26,541 bases of DNA from Deltaproteobacteria bacterium (GTDB lineage: Bacteria > Myxococcota_A > Polyangia > Polyangiales > Houyiibacteriaceae), in assembly GCA_034670305.1 (NCBI GenBank), contig JAXMNT010000075.1, positions 1-26,541 of the forward strand. Direction: 5' to 3'. A model generated the notes under the pieces. The model was not told the origin of the DNA and did no database searches. It was given only the letters and a program-made list of their open reading frames with translations. Positions 1 to 8,420 of this stretch are shown piece by piece (the stretch's first letter is position 1; each line of letters starts with the position of its first letter). Position numbers and translations under genes: made by a program.

Positions 1-64
1 CGTCCGCTGGGCATCGCGCTCCGATTCGCGCCTCGCCGTCGCGAAACACACGGCGTCCACGACG

Positions 65-98
65 CGGGCAAGGGCACGGGCAAGGGCAACGGCAAGGG
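65..98. repeat. Hexamer tandem tract (C/A)GGGCA, ~5.5 units
   Basis: cgggca agggca cgggca agggca acggca aggg read directly; reverse complement of the tract at 1533-1610. Confidence 0.8.
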
Positions 99-124
99 AG
101 CAGGTCGCTTTTCAGCGACCTGCT
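99..124 (-). terminator. Perfect 11-bp hairpin overlapping the asparaginase stop codon (terminator or 3' stabiliser)
   Basis: AGCAGGTCGCT-tttc-AGCGACCTGCT; on the minus-strand transcript the loop is a GAAA (GNRA) tetraloop. No U-tract follows. Confidence 0.6.
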
Positions 125-1004
125 AGTGCCCCGTCACCACCGCCGCCCCGTCCCGCGCCACTGCGTGACTCATCGTCGCGGTGTTGCGGGCGATGCCGAC
201 CTGCCCATCCGGCGTCACCAAAATGAACCCGCCGCTCCCCCCGACTCGGTCCGTGAACTCGACCAACATCGCGTCCGCAGCCGCTTGCGCATCTCCGAGT
301 GCACGCGCCCGATCGCACACCCCACGGGCCAGCCCGAGTCTCAGGATGGCTTCACCGATGCCAGTCGCTGAACATGCACCGGTTCGGTCGTCCGCCCAGG
401 TCCCCGCGCCGAGAATCGGGGAGTCCCCGATGCGTCCCGGTGGTTTGCCCACCGTGCCACCGGTGCTCGTCGCCGCCGCCACCGAACCCGCGCCATCCCA
501 GGCGACCGCACCCACGGTTCCACCGGCCCAACCTTCACCGACCTGCCCCGCCCGCCATGCGGCGAGCCGTTCGCGTGCGCGGTCGGTGATCATCTCGTCG
601 CCAGCCGGTACGAACCCCCGCGCCTCGGCCCAGCGCGCGGCGCCTGGTCCGCCCATCATCACCGGCGCACCGGCCCGTCCGCCCTCGTCGAGCAACATGC
701 GCGCGATGTCGATCGGGTGCTCGAACGGCGGCAGACCCGACACCGCACCCGCGGCCAGGTCACCGCGCATCACCGCGGCGTCGAACTCGAGTGTACCGTC
801 CGCGGTGAGGCTTCCGCCGGTGCCAGCGTTGTAGAGCGGCGCGGTCTCCAGGTACGCCACCGCCGCCTGCGCAGCATCGAGGGCGGACCCCGTCTCGCGC
901 AACTTCTCGAGACCCGCAGTCGCAGCCTCCCCGCACCCTGCGACATGCTCGGGCAGGCTCTCGGGCGTCACCCGACCCGCGCCACCGTGCACCAGGACGA
1001 GCAC
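123..1004 (-). CDS. iaaA: Isoaspartyl peptidase / L-asparaginase (plant-type, Ntn hydrolase)
   Basis: N-terminal HGGAG, autocleavage site G-TVGAVA (nucleophile Thr), TSTGG, GRIGDSP, ATGIGE motifs; GTG start 4 nt after the upstream stop. Confidence 0.93.
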   Translation of the reverse strand: MLVLVHGGAGRVTPESLPEHVAGCGEAATAGLEKLRETGSALDAAQAAVAYLETAPLYNAGTGGSLTADGTLEFDAAVMRGDLAAGAVSGLPPFEHPIDIARMLLDEGGRAGAPVMMGGPGAARWAEARGFVPAGDEMITDRARERLAAWRAGQVGEGWAGGTVGAVAWDGAGSVAAATSTGGTVGKPPGRIGDSPILGAGTWADDRTGACSATGIGEAILRLGLARGVCDRARALGDAQAAADAMLVEFTDRVGGSGGFILVTPDGQVGIARNTATMSHAVARDGAAVVTGH

Positions 1005-1008
1005 GGGT

Positions 1009-1473
1009 TCAGTCCTCGTTGGCCGCGAGGTGCGTGGTGAACCCCGCGCGCAGGGTCCGGAGCATGCGGCGGATCCCGGTGGTCAACTTGACGCTGGCCA
1101 GCACCCGCGCCTCCTCTTCGGCGCCGTCGTAGATGCGGCCGACGACTTCTTCCATCGCGCGTACGGCGCGGCGCATCCAGAATTCGGTCTCGCCGTGAAA
1201 CCTTCTCGGACGATCGTCGTCGCCGTGAAAATGCACGTCGTACACGATCTTTCGGTCCCGGAGATCGATCTGCACGGTCCCCGAGAAAGGCGCACGCGTC
1301 GCCAACCCTTCGGCGTCGATCGTCCCTGTCACCCGCCCCGTCCGTCGGCGCAGGAGTTCGGGCAGCGGCAAGAGCAGCTGTGTCGTCAACTCGAACGGCA
1401 GTTCGGTTCCTGGATCCGTGAGCCGATGAAACGTCCCGCGCATCCGCTGTTTGAAACTGAACCCAACCGCCAT
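1009..1473 (-). CDS. Hypothetical protein (154 aa, beta-rich)
   Basis: ATG start, normal globular composition, ends 4 nt before the asparaginase start (two-gene operon). Confidence 0.75.
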   Translation of the reverse strand: MAVGFSFKQRMRGTFHRLTDPGTELPFELTTQLLLPLPELLRRRTGRVTGTIDAEGLATRAPFSGTVQIDLRDRKIVYDVHFHGDDDRPRRFHGETEFWMRRAVRAMEEVVGRIYDGAEEEARVLASVKLTTGIRRMLRTLRAGFTTHLAANED

Positions 1474-1532
1474 CGCCAGCGAATCCTAGTACATCCCCCC
1501 ACCCCCCCGTGGAGCTTTCAGCTCGGAAGAAC

Positions 1533-1610
1533 GCCCGTGCCCTCGCCCTTGCCCTCGCCCTTGCCCTTGCCCGTGCCCTTGCCCGTGCCCTTGCCCGTGC
1601 CCTTGCCCTT
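1533..1610. repeat. Hexamer tandem tract GCCC(GT/TT/TC), 13 units
   Basis: 13 in-phase units counted in the divergent intergenic region. Confidence 0.9.
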
Positions 1611-1623
1611 GAGTGCAGGCGGA

Positions 1624-1686
1624 CATCGGCATCGGCATCGGCACCGGCTTCGGCATCGGCACCAGCATCGGCTTCGGCTTCGGCTT
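1624..1686. repeat. Hexamer tandem tract C(A/T)TCGG, ~10 units
   Basis: catcgg x3, caccgg, cttcgg, catcgg, caccag, catcgg, cttcgg x2. Confidence 0.9.
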
Positions 1687-1790
1687 GATCGGCAACCGTT
1701 GAAATACGACGCGCCCCGATCTGTTCAGCCCCCGTACCGGGAACGTCGAGCGGCGGCGGCTTCCCATCACTCCGAGAGAGAGAAGCCAAC

Positions 1791-3086
1791 ATGTCGTCCC
1801 TTCTGATCCGCACCTGGGTCGTGCACGCCTGCGTCTTGTGCGCCGGTCCGCTCGCGCTCGCCCAACCCGAGCCATCCACCGAACCGCCGGCGGAGGGGCC
1901 CTCGACCGAAGAGGCCGCGCCGGCGAACGTCGTCGCCGCGGAGTCCACGACCGACCCGCCCGCGAACTCCGTCGCACCACCACCGACCACGACCACGAGT
2001 GCCGTCACGACCCCCTCATGGGCGTCGGAGGTCTACCAACGGGTCCACGCGTCGGTCGTGCGGGTGGCGTCTCCGCGCAGCGCCGGATCGGGCTTCGTCT
2101 TCCAGGCCCGCAACCGGATCGCGACCGCGTTCCATGTGGTGGCCCACGGCCGCCGGATCCGCGTGACGAACCAAGCGGGCACGCGTTGGGATGCGCGGAT
2201 CATTGGCGTCGACCGCGACGCCGATCTTGCGATCCTCGAAGTGGATGGAGACGTCGGAGAGCCTCTGACGCTCGCCGATCCACCGGAAGTCGGGCGCCCG
2301 GTGTTGGCGGTCGGTCATCCCCTGATGCACCGCCCGCCCAGCGGCGAGCGCGAGGGGCTGCTCGGCTGGTCGCTCTCCCGCGGCGTCGTCAGCGCCGTCG
2401 GGCCACGGCGTTTTCAGTTCGACGCCAACGTGAACCCGGGCAACTCCGGGGGTCCCGTCGTGGACTCGGAAGGTCGCGCCGTGGGCGTCGTCGTCGAACG
2501 CGAAGCCGCCGGCATCGGCATCGCCACCCGGAGCCGGCGACTCGAAGGCATCGGTTCCGAACCGGCCGACGAGTACCGAGGCCGCATCCAGTTCTCCTTC
2601 GGGATCGATCTGGAACTCCAAATGGACGAAGCCAGCATGATCGGCGCAGCCGCCCACATCGGCCTGACGTCGCCCAGCGGTCTCGGGCTCGAGCTCCGCG
2701 GCGGCGTCGTCTCAGGCGCCCAAAACGTCGACGACGACACCGCGTACGGAAGGCACCGGAGCCGGGGCTACGCCGGACTGCTCGGCACCTACGCGGTGCA
2801 ACTCTACCCCGGCATCCAGCTCGAGTTCGGACTCGGCGCCCGGGTGTCCCGGCAGCAAGACACGATCAGCGCACTGGAACTCGCGTTCGACGGATGCGAC
2901 CCGACGACCATGGCGTGCGAAGCGAACACCATCGTGAACCGCCACACCGAATCGAGTTGGCTGGTCCAGCTGGAAGGCCGCGTGATCCTCCGCCTCGCCG
3001 ACCACCTGAGCCTCGGGTACAGCCTGCTCTACGATCCCGTGAACCGAAACGTCGGCCACGCGCTCACGTTCGGGATCGGTTTCTGA
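1791..3086 (+). CDS. Secreted trypsin-like (S1C/HtrA-type) serine protease with C-terminal outer-membrane beta-barrel
   Basis: Signal peptide ending ALA-Q; P/T/S linker; GSGF, TAFHVV (His), DLAIL (Asp), NPGNSGGP (Ser); no PDZ; amphipathic beta-strands ending FGIGF. Confidence 0.85.
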   Translation: MSSLLIRTWVVHACVLCAGPLALAQPEPSTEPPAEGPSTEEAAPANVVAAESTTDPPANSVAPPPTTTTSAVTTPSWASEVYQRVHASVVRVASPRSAGSGFVFQARNRIATAFHVVAHGRRIRVTNQAGTRWDARIIGVDRDADLAILEVDGDVGEPLTLADPPEVGRPVLAVGHPLMHRPPSGEREGLLGWSLSRGVVSAVGPRRFQFDANVNPGNSGGPVVDSEGRAVGVVVEREAAGIGIATRSRRLEGIGSEPADEYRGRIQFSFGIDLELQMDEASMIGAAAHIGLTSPSGLGLELRGGVVSGAQNVDDDTAYGRHRSRGYAGLLGTYAVQLYPGIQLEFGLGARVSRQQDTISALELAFDGCDPTTMACEANTIVNRHTESSWLVQLEGRVILRLADHLSLGYSLLYDPVNRNVGHALTFGIGF

Positions 3087-3219
3087 CTGGCTCCACCAAG
3101 ATCCCACACCCTCTGTCCCCGCAGCAGGTGACGCTCGGGCCCTCATGTGGCCGGTGGTCGGGTGCCCGATGTCGACCCGGGGATCGAGACCCGGGGTCAA
3201 CCGAAGTCAGGGTTCGTCA

Positions 3220-3588
3220 TCAGCGGGCGACGGCGAAGCCGAGGAGGCCCGCGCCGAGGCAGACACACACCGTGGCGAGCAAATAGAGCACGCCGCGGCC
3301 GGTGTCCCCGGCCTGGAACAACTGCACGAGCTCGAGGTTGAAGGTCGAGTAGGTGGTGAAACCGCCCATCACCCCGGTGCCGAACACGAGGCGGGCATCC
3401 ACCCCGAACACCTGCTTGTCTTCGAGCGCGACCCACACGAGGACGAGCGCAAAGGAACCGATCGCGTTCGCGGCGAAGGTACCGACCGGAAACCAGGCAT
3501 CCCCGAAGAGGCGTTTGCCGAGCACGGCCAAACCGTGCCGCAGCAGGGTGCCGACAGCGCCTCCGAGGCCGAGCAGGATCCAGCTCAT
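3220..3588 (-). CDS. crcB: Fluoride efflux channel CrcB/Fluc
   Basis: 122 aa starting MSWILLGLGGAVGTLLR; GGAxGxxxR, FPxGTxxAN, GxMGGFTTYSTF signature; 4 hydrophobic helices. True start is the ATG at 3588 inside the longer listed ORF. Confidence 0.93.
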   Translation of the reverse strand: MSWILLGLGGAVGTLLRHGLAVLGKRLFGDAWFPVGTFAANAIGSFALVLVWVALEDKQVFGVDARLVFGTGVMGGFTTYSTFNLELVQLFQAGDTGRGVLYLLATVCVCLGAGLLGFAVAR

Positions 3589-3696
3589 GGCGCACCGTAC
3601 CAGCGCCCGCGCCTCAATCGTGCTTGAACCGGCGGACCCGCGCGCCGTACCCTCCGCGCCTTGCCAGCGGGCCCCAGTTGGCCCCCAGGAGTTTGA

Positions 3697-4599
3697 ATGA
3701 CTGAGATTCGATTCGACGACCGCGTGGCCATCGTGACCGGTGCCGGCGGAGGCCTTGGCCGCGCCCATGCACTCCTGCTCGCTTCGCGCGGCGCCAAGGT
3801 GGTGGTGAACGACCTCGGCGGTTCGGTCGATGGCGAAGGTGCGTCGAACCGCGCAGCGGACGCCGTAGTCGCCGAGATCGAGAAGGCGGGCGGCAAGGCC
3901 GTGGCCAACTACGACAGCGTCGCCGAACTCGAAGGCGCCGACGCCATCGTGAAGACCGCGATCGACGCGTTCGGGCGCATCGACGTCGTGATCAACAACG
4001 CGGGCATCCTCCGCGACGTCAGCTTCCACAAGATGACCGTGGAGCAGTGGGACATCGTGCTCGCGGTGCACCTGCGCGGCACGATGCTCGTCTCGCGGGC
4101 GGCTTGGCCGCACCTGCGCGAACAGGGCTACGGCCGCATCGTCAACACCTCGAGCGCCGCCGGCCTCTACGGCAACTTCGGTCAGGCCAGCTACGGCGCC
4201 GCCAAACTCGGCATCGTCGGGCTGACCAAAGCGCTCGCGCAAGAGGGTTTCAAGAAGGGCATCCGCGTCAACGCGATCGCGCCGGTCGCGAAGAGCCGCA
4301 TGACCGAGTCGATCCTTCCCGCCGACGTGCTCGCCACGCTCGAGCCGGATCGCGTGGCGCCGATCGTCGCGTACCTCGCGAGCGAAGCGAACGACGCCAA
4401 CGGACAGGTGTTCGCGGTCGGCGGCGGCTACGTGTCGCGGGTCGAAGTGGTCGAAGCGCCGGGCGTCGTGCTCGCGGACGGATTCGGACCCGACGAGGTC
4501 GCGGCGCAGTTCGCCGCCGCGTCCGACCTCGACGGCGCGAAGGCCTACGGCAACGCCATGGAAGCGATCGGCGCCGGCCTCTCCCGCGCCAAGGGCTGA
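3697..4599 (+). CDS. SDR oxidoreductase, MFE-2/HSD17B4-like 3-hydroxyacyl-CoA dehydrogenase
   Basis: TGAGGGLG, VVVNDLG, NNAGILRD, GLYGNFGQASYGAAK (YxxxK); AGGAG RBS upstream. Confidence 0.92.
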   Translation: MTEIRFDDRVAIVTGAGGGLGRAHALLLASRGAKVVVNDLGGSVDGEGASNRAADAVVAEIEKAGGKAVANYDSVAELEGADAIVKTAIDAFGRIDVVINNAGILRDVSFHKMTVEQWDIVLAVHLRGTMLVSRAAWPHLREQGYGRIVNTSSAAGLYGNFGQASYGAAKLGIVGLTKALAQEGFKKGIRVNAIAPVAKSRMTESILPADVLATLEPDRVAPIVAYLASEANDANGQVFAVGGGYVSRVEVVEAPGVVLADGFGPDEVAAQFAAASDLDGAKAYGNAMEAIGAGLSRAKG

Positions 4600-4600
4600 G

Positions 4601-6775
4601 ATGGGCCCGCTCGACCCACAGAACGCGCCGGTGCTCGAGGGCGCGTCTCTCCGGCTCGGGCGCAAACGGCTCCCACTGCGCTCCGGCGCGATGCACTACT
4701 GGCGCAACCCGCGCGACCAATGGCGCGCGGCGCTCACCCAACTGAAGGGGCTCGGTCTCCCGATGGTGGAGACGTACGTGCCCTGGGGTGTGCACGAGCG
4801 GCCGGAGGGTGGGTTCGACTTCGGCGAGACCGACCCGCGCAAGGACCTGTCCGCGTTCCTCACGCTGGCGGCCGAGCTCGATCTGTATGTCTTCCTGCGA
4901 CCTGGCCCGCACATCAACGCGGAGCTGACGTACTTCGGACTGCCGGAGCGGGTCGTGCGCGACGCGGAGATCCAGGCGCGCACTCCGCGCGGCAACCCCG
5001 TGACGCTCTACTTCCCGCCGCGCATGTTCCCGGTGCCCTCGCACGCGAGCGAGGCCTACTTCGAAGCCATCGGCGACTGGTACGGGCAGCTCGCGCCGGT
5101 CGTCGCACCGCACGTCTGGCCGAACGGCCCGGTGGTGATGCTGCAGATCGACAACGAGGCCGGCTACTTCTTCCGGAACGGCCCGTTCTGTCAGGACTAC
5201 CACCCGGACGCCATCAGCGCGTGGCACACGTTTCTCGAGACGCGGCATGGATCGCTCGAGACCGCCGGCACCCGGCATGGCCGCGACTACTCGGCGTGGC
5301 CGGACGCGCAGCCGCCGCGGGGCTGGGACGTCGGCAAGGACCTCGGCCAGGACGGAGCGATCGATCCGCACCGCGCCCTGTGTCGCCAGCTCGACTGGGC
5401 GAAGTTCCAAGAACACTTGCTGACGCGCGCGGTCGACCGGATGAAGCGGCAGTGGTTCCTGGTCGCGCCGCCCGTGCCCACCGTACACAACCTCTCGCTC
5501 GGCGATGGTGGGTTGCCCGCGAGCCCACCGGCGATGGCGGAGGCCGTCGACCTGGTTGGGTTCGACTACTACCACGCGGCCGGCAGCGACTGCGACGCGC
5601 TCCGCACCATCAAGCGCCGCACCCTCTACCTCAGCGGCACGTTCGGATCCGGCTACGCGCCCGAGCTCGGCGTCGGCGCTCCACCGTGGTTCACGCCGCT
5701 CTCCAGCAACGACTCGATCACCTGTGCACTCGCCGCGATGGCGTACGGGCTGCGCGGCTTCAACCTGTACATGGCGGTCGACCGCGACCGCTGGTACGGC
5801 GCGCCGATCGATGCCCAGGGTGCCGCGCGGCCAGAAGCCGACGAGTGGCGCCGTTTGCTCGACGCGCTCGAGGCGCTCGAATTCGAGACGCTCGAGCGGC
5901 CGGCCCGCGTCGCGCTTCTCTGGCCGCGGGAGTACGCGCGTCTCTCGCGCGCGACGCATCTGCTCGGACTGGCCAGTCCGGCGAACTTGGAAGCGATGAA
6001 CGTCGATCCCACCGCCGCGTGCCGACCCGACACCTTCGGGTTCGAGGAGCCGATCCAGTGGGCGTGGTGGCAACTCCTCGCGACCTTCGCGGACGCGTTG
6101 ACCGCGGCGAACGTGCCGTACGTGTTCGTCGACTCCGAGGTGTCGGCCGAGCGCCTGAAGTCTTTCGACGTCGTGTTCGCGCCGACCTACGAGTTCACGG
6201 AGGCCGGCCGGTGGTCGCGCCTGGTCGAAGCGGCCGCCTCGGGAACCCACGTGGTGTACGGACCGCAGCGGCCCACGCTCGACGACCGACTGGAACCTCT
6301 CGACGCGGCAGTCGGGACAGCACCGCTCGGTGACCCGGTGTCGGTCGGCTCCCAGCATGCGGTGCATGCGCTCGTGCACGAGTGGATCGAACGGTTCGGT
6401 CTCGAGCGCCCCTACCCTGCGCTGGTCGTCGACACCGCGGTTCATCGACGTGGCAAAGCGGAGCGCAGCGAGGCGAGCCACGTCCCCGGGACGGGGTTTG
6501 GGGGCCGTGCCCCCAAGGAACACCGCGACGGCGATCGGGACGCGGTGCTCTTCGTCGTCAACGAAGGTCCGGCTCGAAACGCCCAGCTGACCCTGCCTGC
6601 GGAGCGCGACTGGACCCGACTTCGGGACGCGCTGACCGGAGAGGTGTTTGCGGAGGATCCGTCGATGACGCGGTTGACGCTCCCGATGACGGCCCAGCAC
6701 GTCCGCTTGCTGGTCATGGAAACGGACGCGGACGCAGCGGCGGACACCTCAGCCGCGGAAACAGACCATGCTTAG
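4601..6775 (+). CDS. Beta-galactosidase-like glycoside hydrolase (GH35 catalytic domain, GH42-like C-terminal region)
   Basis: SGAMHYWR, ETYVPW, LRPGPHINAE, QIDNE (acid/base), APELG (probable nucleophile), GFNLYM; starts 1 nt after the SDR stop. Confidence 0.87.
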   Translation: MGPLDPQNAPVLEGASLRLGRKRLPLRSGAMHYWRNPRDQWRAALTQLKGLGLPMVETYVPWGVHERPEGGFDFGETDPRKDLSAFLTLAAELDLYVFLRPGPHINAELTYFGLPERVVRDAEIQARTPRGNPVTLYFPPRMFPVPSHASEAYFEAIGDWYGQLAPVVAPHVWPNGPVVMLQIDNEAGYFFRNGPFCQDYHPDAISAWHTFLETRHGSLETAGTRHGRDYSAWPDAQPPRGWDVGKDLGQDGAIDPHRALCRQLDWAKFQEHLLTRAVDRMKRQWFLVAPPVPTVHNLSLGDGGLPASPPAMAEAVDLVGFDYYHAAGSDCDALRTIKRRTLYLSGTFGSGYAPELGVGAPPWFTPLSSNDSITCALAAMAYGLRGFNLYMAVDRDRWYGAPIDAQGAARPEADEWRRLLDALEALEFETLERPARVALLWPREYARLSRATHLLGLASPANLEAMNVDPTAACRPDTFGFEEPIQWAWWQLLATFADALTAANVPYVFVDSEVSAERLKSFDVVFAPTYEFTEAGRWSRLVEAAASGTHVVYGPQRPTLDDRLEPLDAAVGTAPLGDPVSVGSQHAVHALVHEWIERFGLERPYPALVVDTAVHRRGKAERSEASHVPGTGFGGRAPKEHRDGDRDAVLFVVNEGPARNAQLTLPAERDWTRLRDALTGEVFAEDPSMTRLTLPMTAQHVRLLVMETDADAAADTSAAETDHA

Positions 6776-7793
6776 CGCGGAGCTCCAGTTCGGCGGATTC
6801 GACGGGGCCCGCTGGGGCAACCTGCTCTCGCTCTTCTCTCCAGCCGAAACGGTGGGAGAGGATTTGCTGCTCGTCGTCGACGAACAGGACGTCGTGCTCG
6901 GCGCGCTGCTGCGAGGCGCGGGACGGTACCCCGCGTTGCTCGGGCAGACATTGCCTCCGAGCCTACCGACGTTGTGTGCGCAGCTCGGGGTGCGTCGTGC
7001 GCTCGTCTTGCGCGACGGCGCGATGGAAGAGCTCGCCGAACGCATGGGCGCCGCCATCGACACCACGGACGACTACGTCACCCAGCTGCTCACCACCCTT
7101 CGTGTCGCCCGCGAGCTCGTGTCCGAAGACCGCATCCTCGTCTGGCCCGATCCCCTCGGCGCGATCCCACTGCCCTCCCCTGGCGCCGTGCGCCGGGTGC
7201 TCGACCTCATCCTCCCAGACGAACGAGCCGCCGTCATCGCGCTGTGGACCCCGCCCGAACCCGGCGCCTCCGCGCGCACCCGCCGCCTCTGGACCGCATT
7301 CGTCTGCCGCCGCAGAGAAGGTGCGATCGATCTGATCGCCGGGCCCGAGATGCTCGAGTCGTGGGTCGGCCCGCTCGGCGGCGACTGGCGCCGCGACTAC
7401 CGCGTCCTGTGCGACGCCGTCGAACGCCGCGTCGCGCCAGTCCACGTGGGCATCTTCGGGGAAGCCACCACCATCGCGCGCCTGCTCCAAGAAGGTTCCG
7501 CCGGCGCGTGGGCCCAGCAGGTCGCGGTTCGCAACGTCGTCATCAGCCCCATGCCCGGCCCGGTCGTCGCCGCGCTTGGCGCCGACGCCATCCGCGGCGT
7601 CGGCCGCGCCTCCGCCCGCACCCTCGGCGGCATCGACTTCGCAAAACTCCTGATGCCCCTCGCCCTCAAAGCCCGCACCCGCCTCACCAGCAACCGCGCC
7701 GTCGGCGAAATCCTCGGCTTCGACCCCCTCGCCGTCCTCGCCGCCATCCTCCGCCGCAAGACCCCCGAAGAAGACACGCCCCCCGACGACTGA
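6768..7793 (+). CDS. Hypothetical protein (341 aa)
   Basis: ATG overlaps the GH stop by 8 nt; strong GC3 codon bias, globular composition. Confidence 0.8.
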   Translation: MLSAELQFGGFDGARWGNLLSLFSPAETVGEDLLLVVDEQDVVLGALLRGAGRYPALLGQTLPPSLPTLCAQLGVRRALVLRDGAMEELAERMGAAIDTTDDYVTQLLTTLRVARELVSEDRILVWPDPLGAIPLPSPGAVRRVLDLILPDERAAVIALWTPPEPGASARTRRLWTAFVCRRREGAIDLIAGPEMLESWVGPLGGDWRRDYRVLCDAVERRVAPVHVGIFGEATTIARLLQEGSAGAWAQQVAVRNVVISPMPGPVVAALGADAIRGVGRASARTLGGIDFAKLLMPLALKARTRLTSNRAVGEILGFDPLAVLAAILRRKTPEEDTPPDD

Positions 7794-8020
7794 AGCAGCG
7801 GAAGCGGTAGCGGAAGCGGTAGCGGCAGCGGCGTCGGTAGCGGTAGCGGTAGCGGCGTCGGCATCGGCATCGGATTCGGATTCGGCTTCGGCGTCTGGGT
7901 CGGCAGCGGCAGCGGCATCGGCATCGGCATCGGCATCGGCATCGGCATCGGCATCGGCTTCGGCGTCGGCATCGGCATCGGCTTCGGCGTCGGCGTCGGC
8001 ATCGGCGTCGGCTTCGGCGT
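7794..8020. repeat. Degenerate hexamer tandem tract GGNNKC (GGAAGC/GGTAGC, then GGCATC/GGCTTC/GGCGTC), ~37 units
   Basis: Begins on the base after the TGA; 6-bp phase is kept throughout with no indels. Confidence 0.92.
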
Positions 8021-8116
8021 GGCGCCGGATCGCACACAAACACCCCCGCCCGTTGTTCTCGCGAACGGGGCGCTCCTGCTTGGTGGCCGGTTCTCGTCTG
8101 CGCCTGGTTTGGTTTC

Positions 8117-8152
8117 GGGAGAGTTCGGGGGAGTTGTGGGGGAGTGTGGGGG
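8117..8152 (+). other. Canonical G-quadruplex motif
   Basis: GGG-agagttc-GGGGG-agttgt-GGGGG-agtgt-GGGGG (loops 7, 6, 5 nt). Confidence 0.55.
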
Positions 8153-8420
8153 AGTTCCGTCGCAAAGCAGCGCATGGGCCCATCCTTGTCGCAGTGTCTG
8201 CCTGAGTTCGGGGGAGTGTGGGAGGACCGCAAGGAGGGGTCTGTGTCGGTCGGCGTCCGGCGTCCGCTCTTCGGCGGGCACCGGCCACCACACACGGGCA
8301 CACGGGCACGGGCAGACGCGGGGACGAATCACACACGCACCATCGTTTCCTCTCCGGAATCCCATCCGCTCCCTCCCACGTTTCCCCTCCGTCCCGCCCG
8401 TACTACGTTCCTGCCAACCC

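Noticed and set aside
968-2008. ORFs with (AR)n, (GHGQ)n or (PM)n runs
   Set aside because: They read through the intergenic repeats and overlap real genes.
3158-3198. TCGGG-TG-CCCGA hairpin and GACCCGGGG direct repeat between convergent genes
   Set aside because: Short and GC-rich, no U-tract, and no second copy in the window.
3589-3696. Fluoride riboswitch upstream of crcB
   Set aside because: No GGCGATGG...CGCC-type crcB motif is visible on the minus strand.
4268-6700. 810-aa antisense ORF and similar long shadow ORFs
   Set aside because: Expected opposite genuine genes in high-GC DNA; no recognisable motifs.
7794-8020. CRISPR array
   Set aside because: 6-bp periodicity, no unique spacers and no cas genes.
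8019-8420. N-terminal 134 aa of the NlpC/P60 ORF
   Set aside because: Spans G4 and repeat DNA with atypical codons; the lipobox implies a start near 8421.
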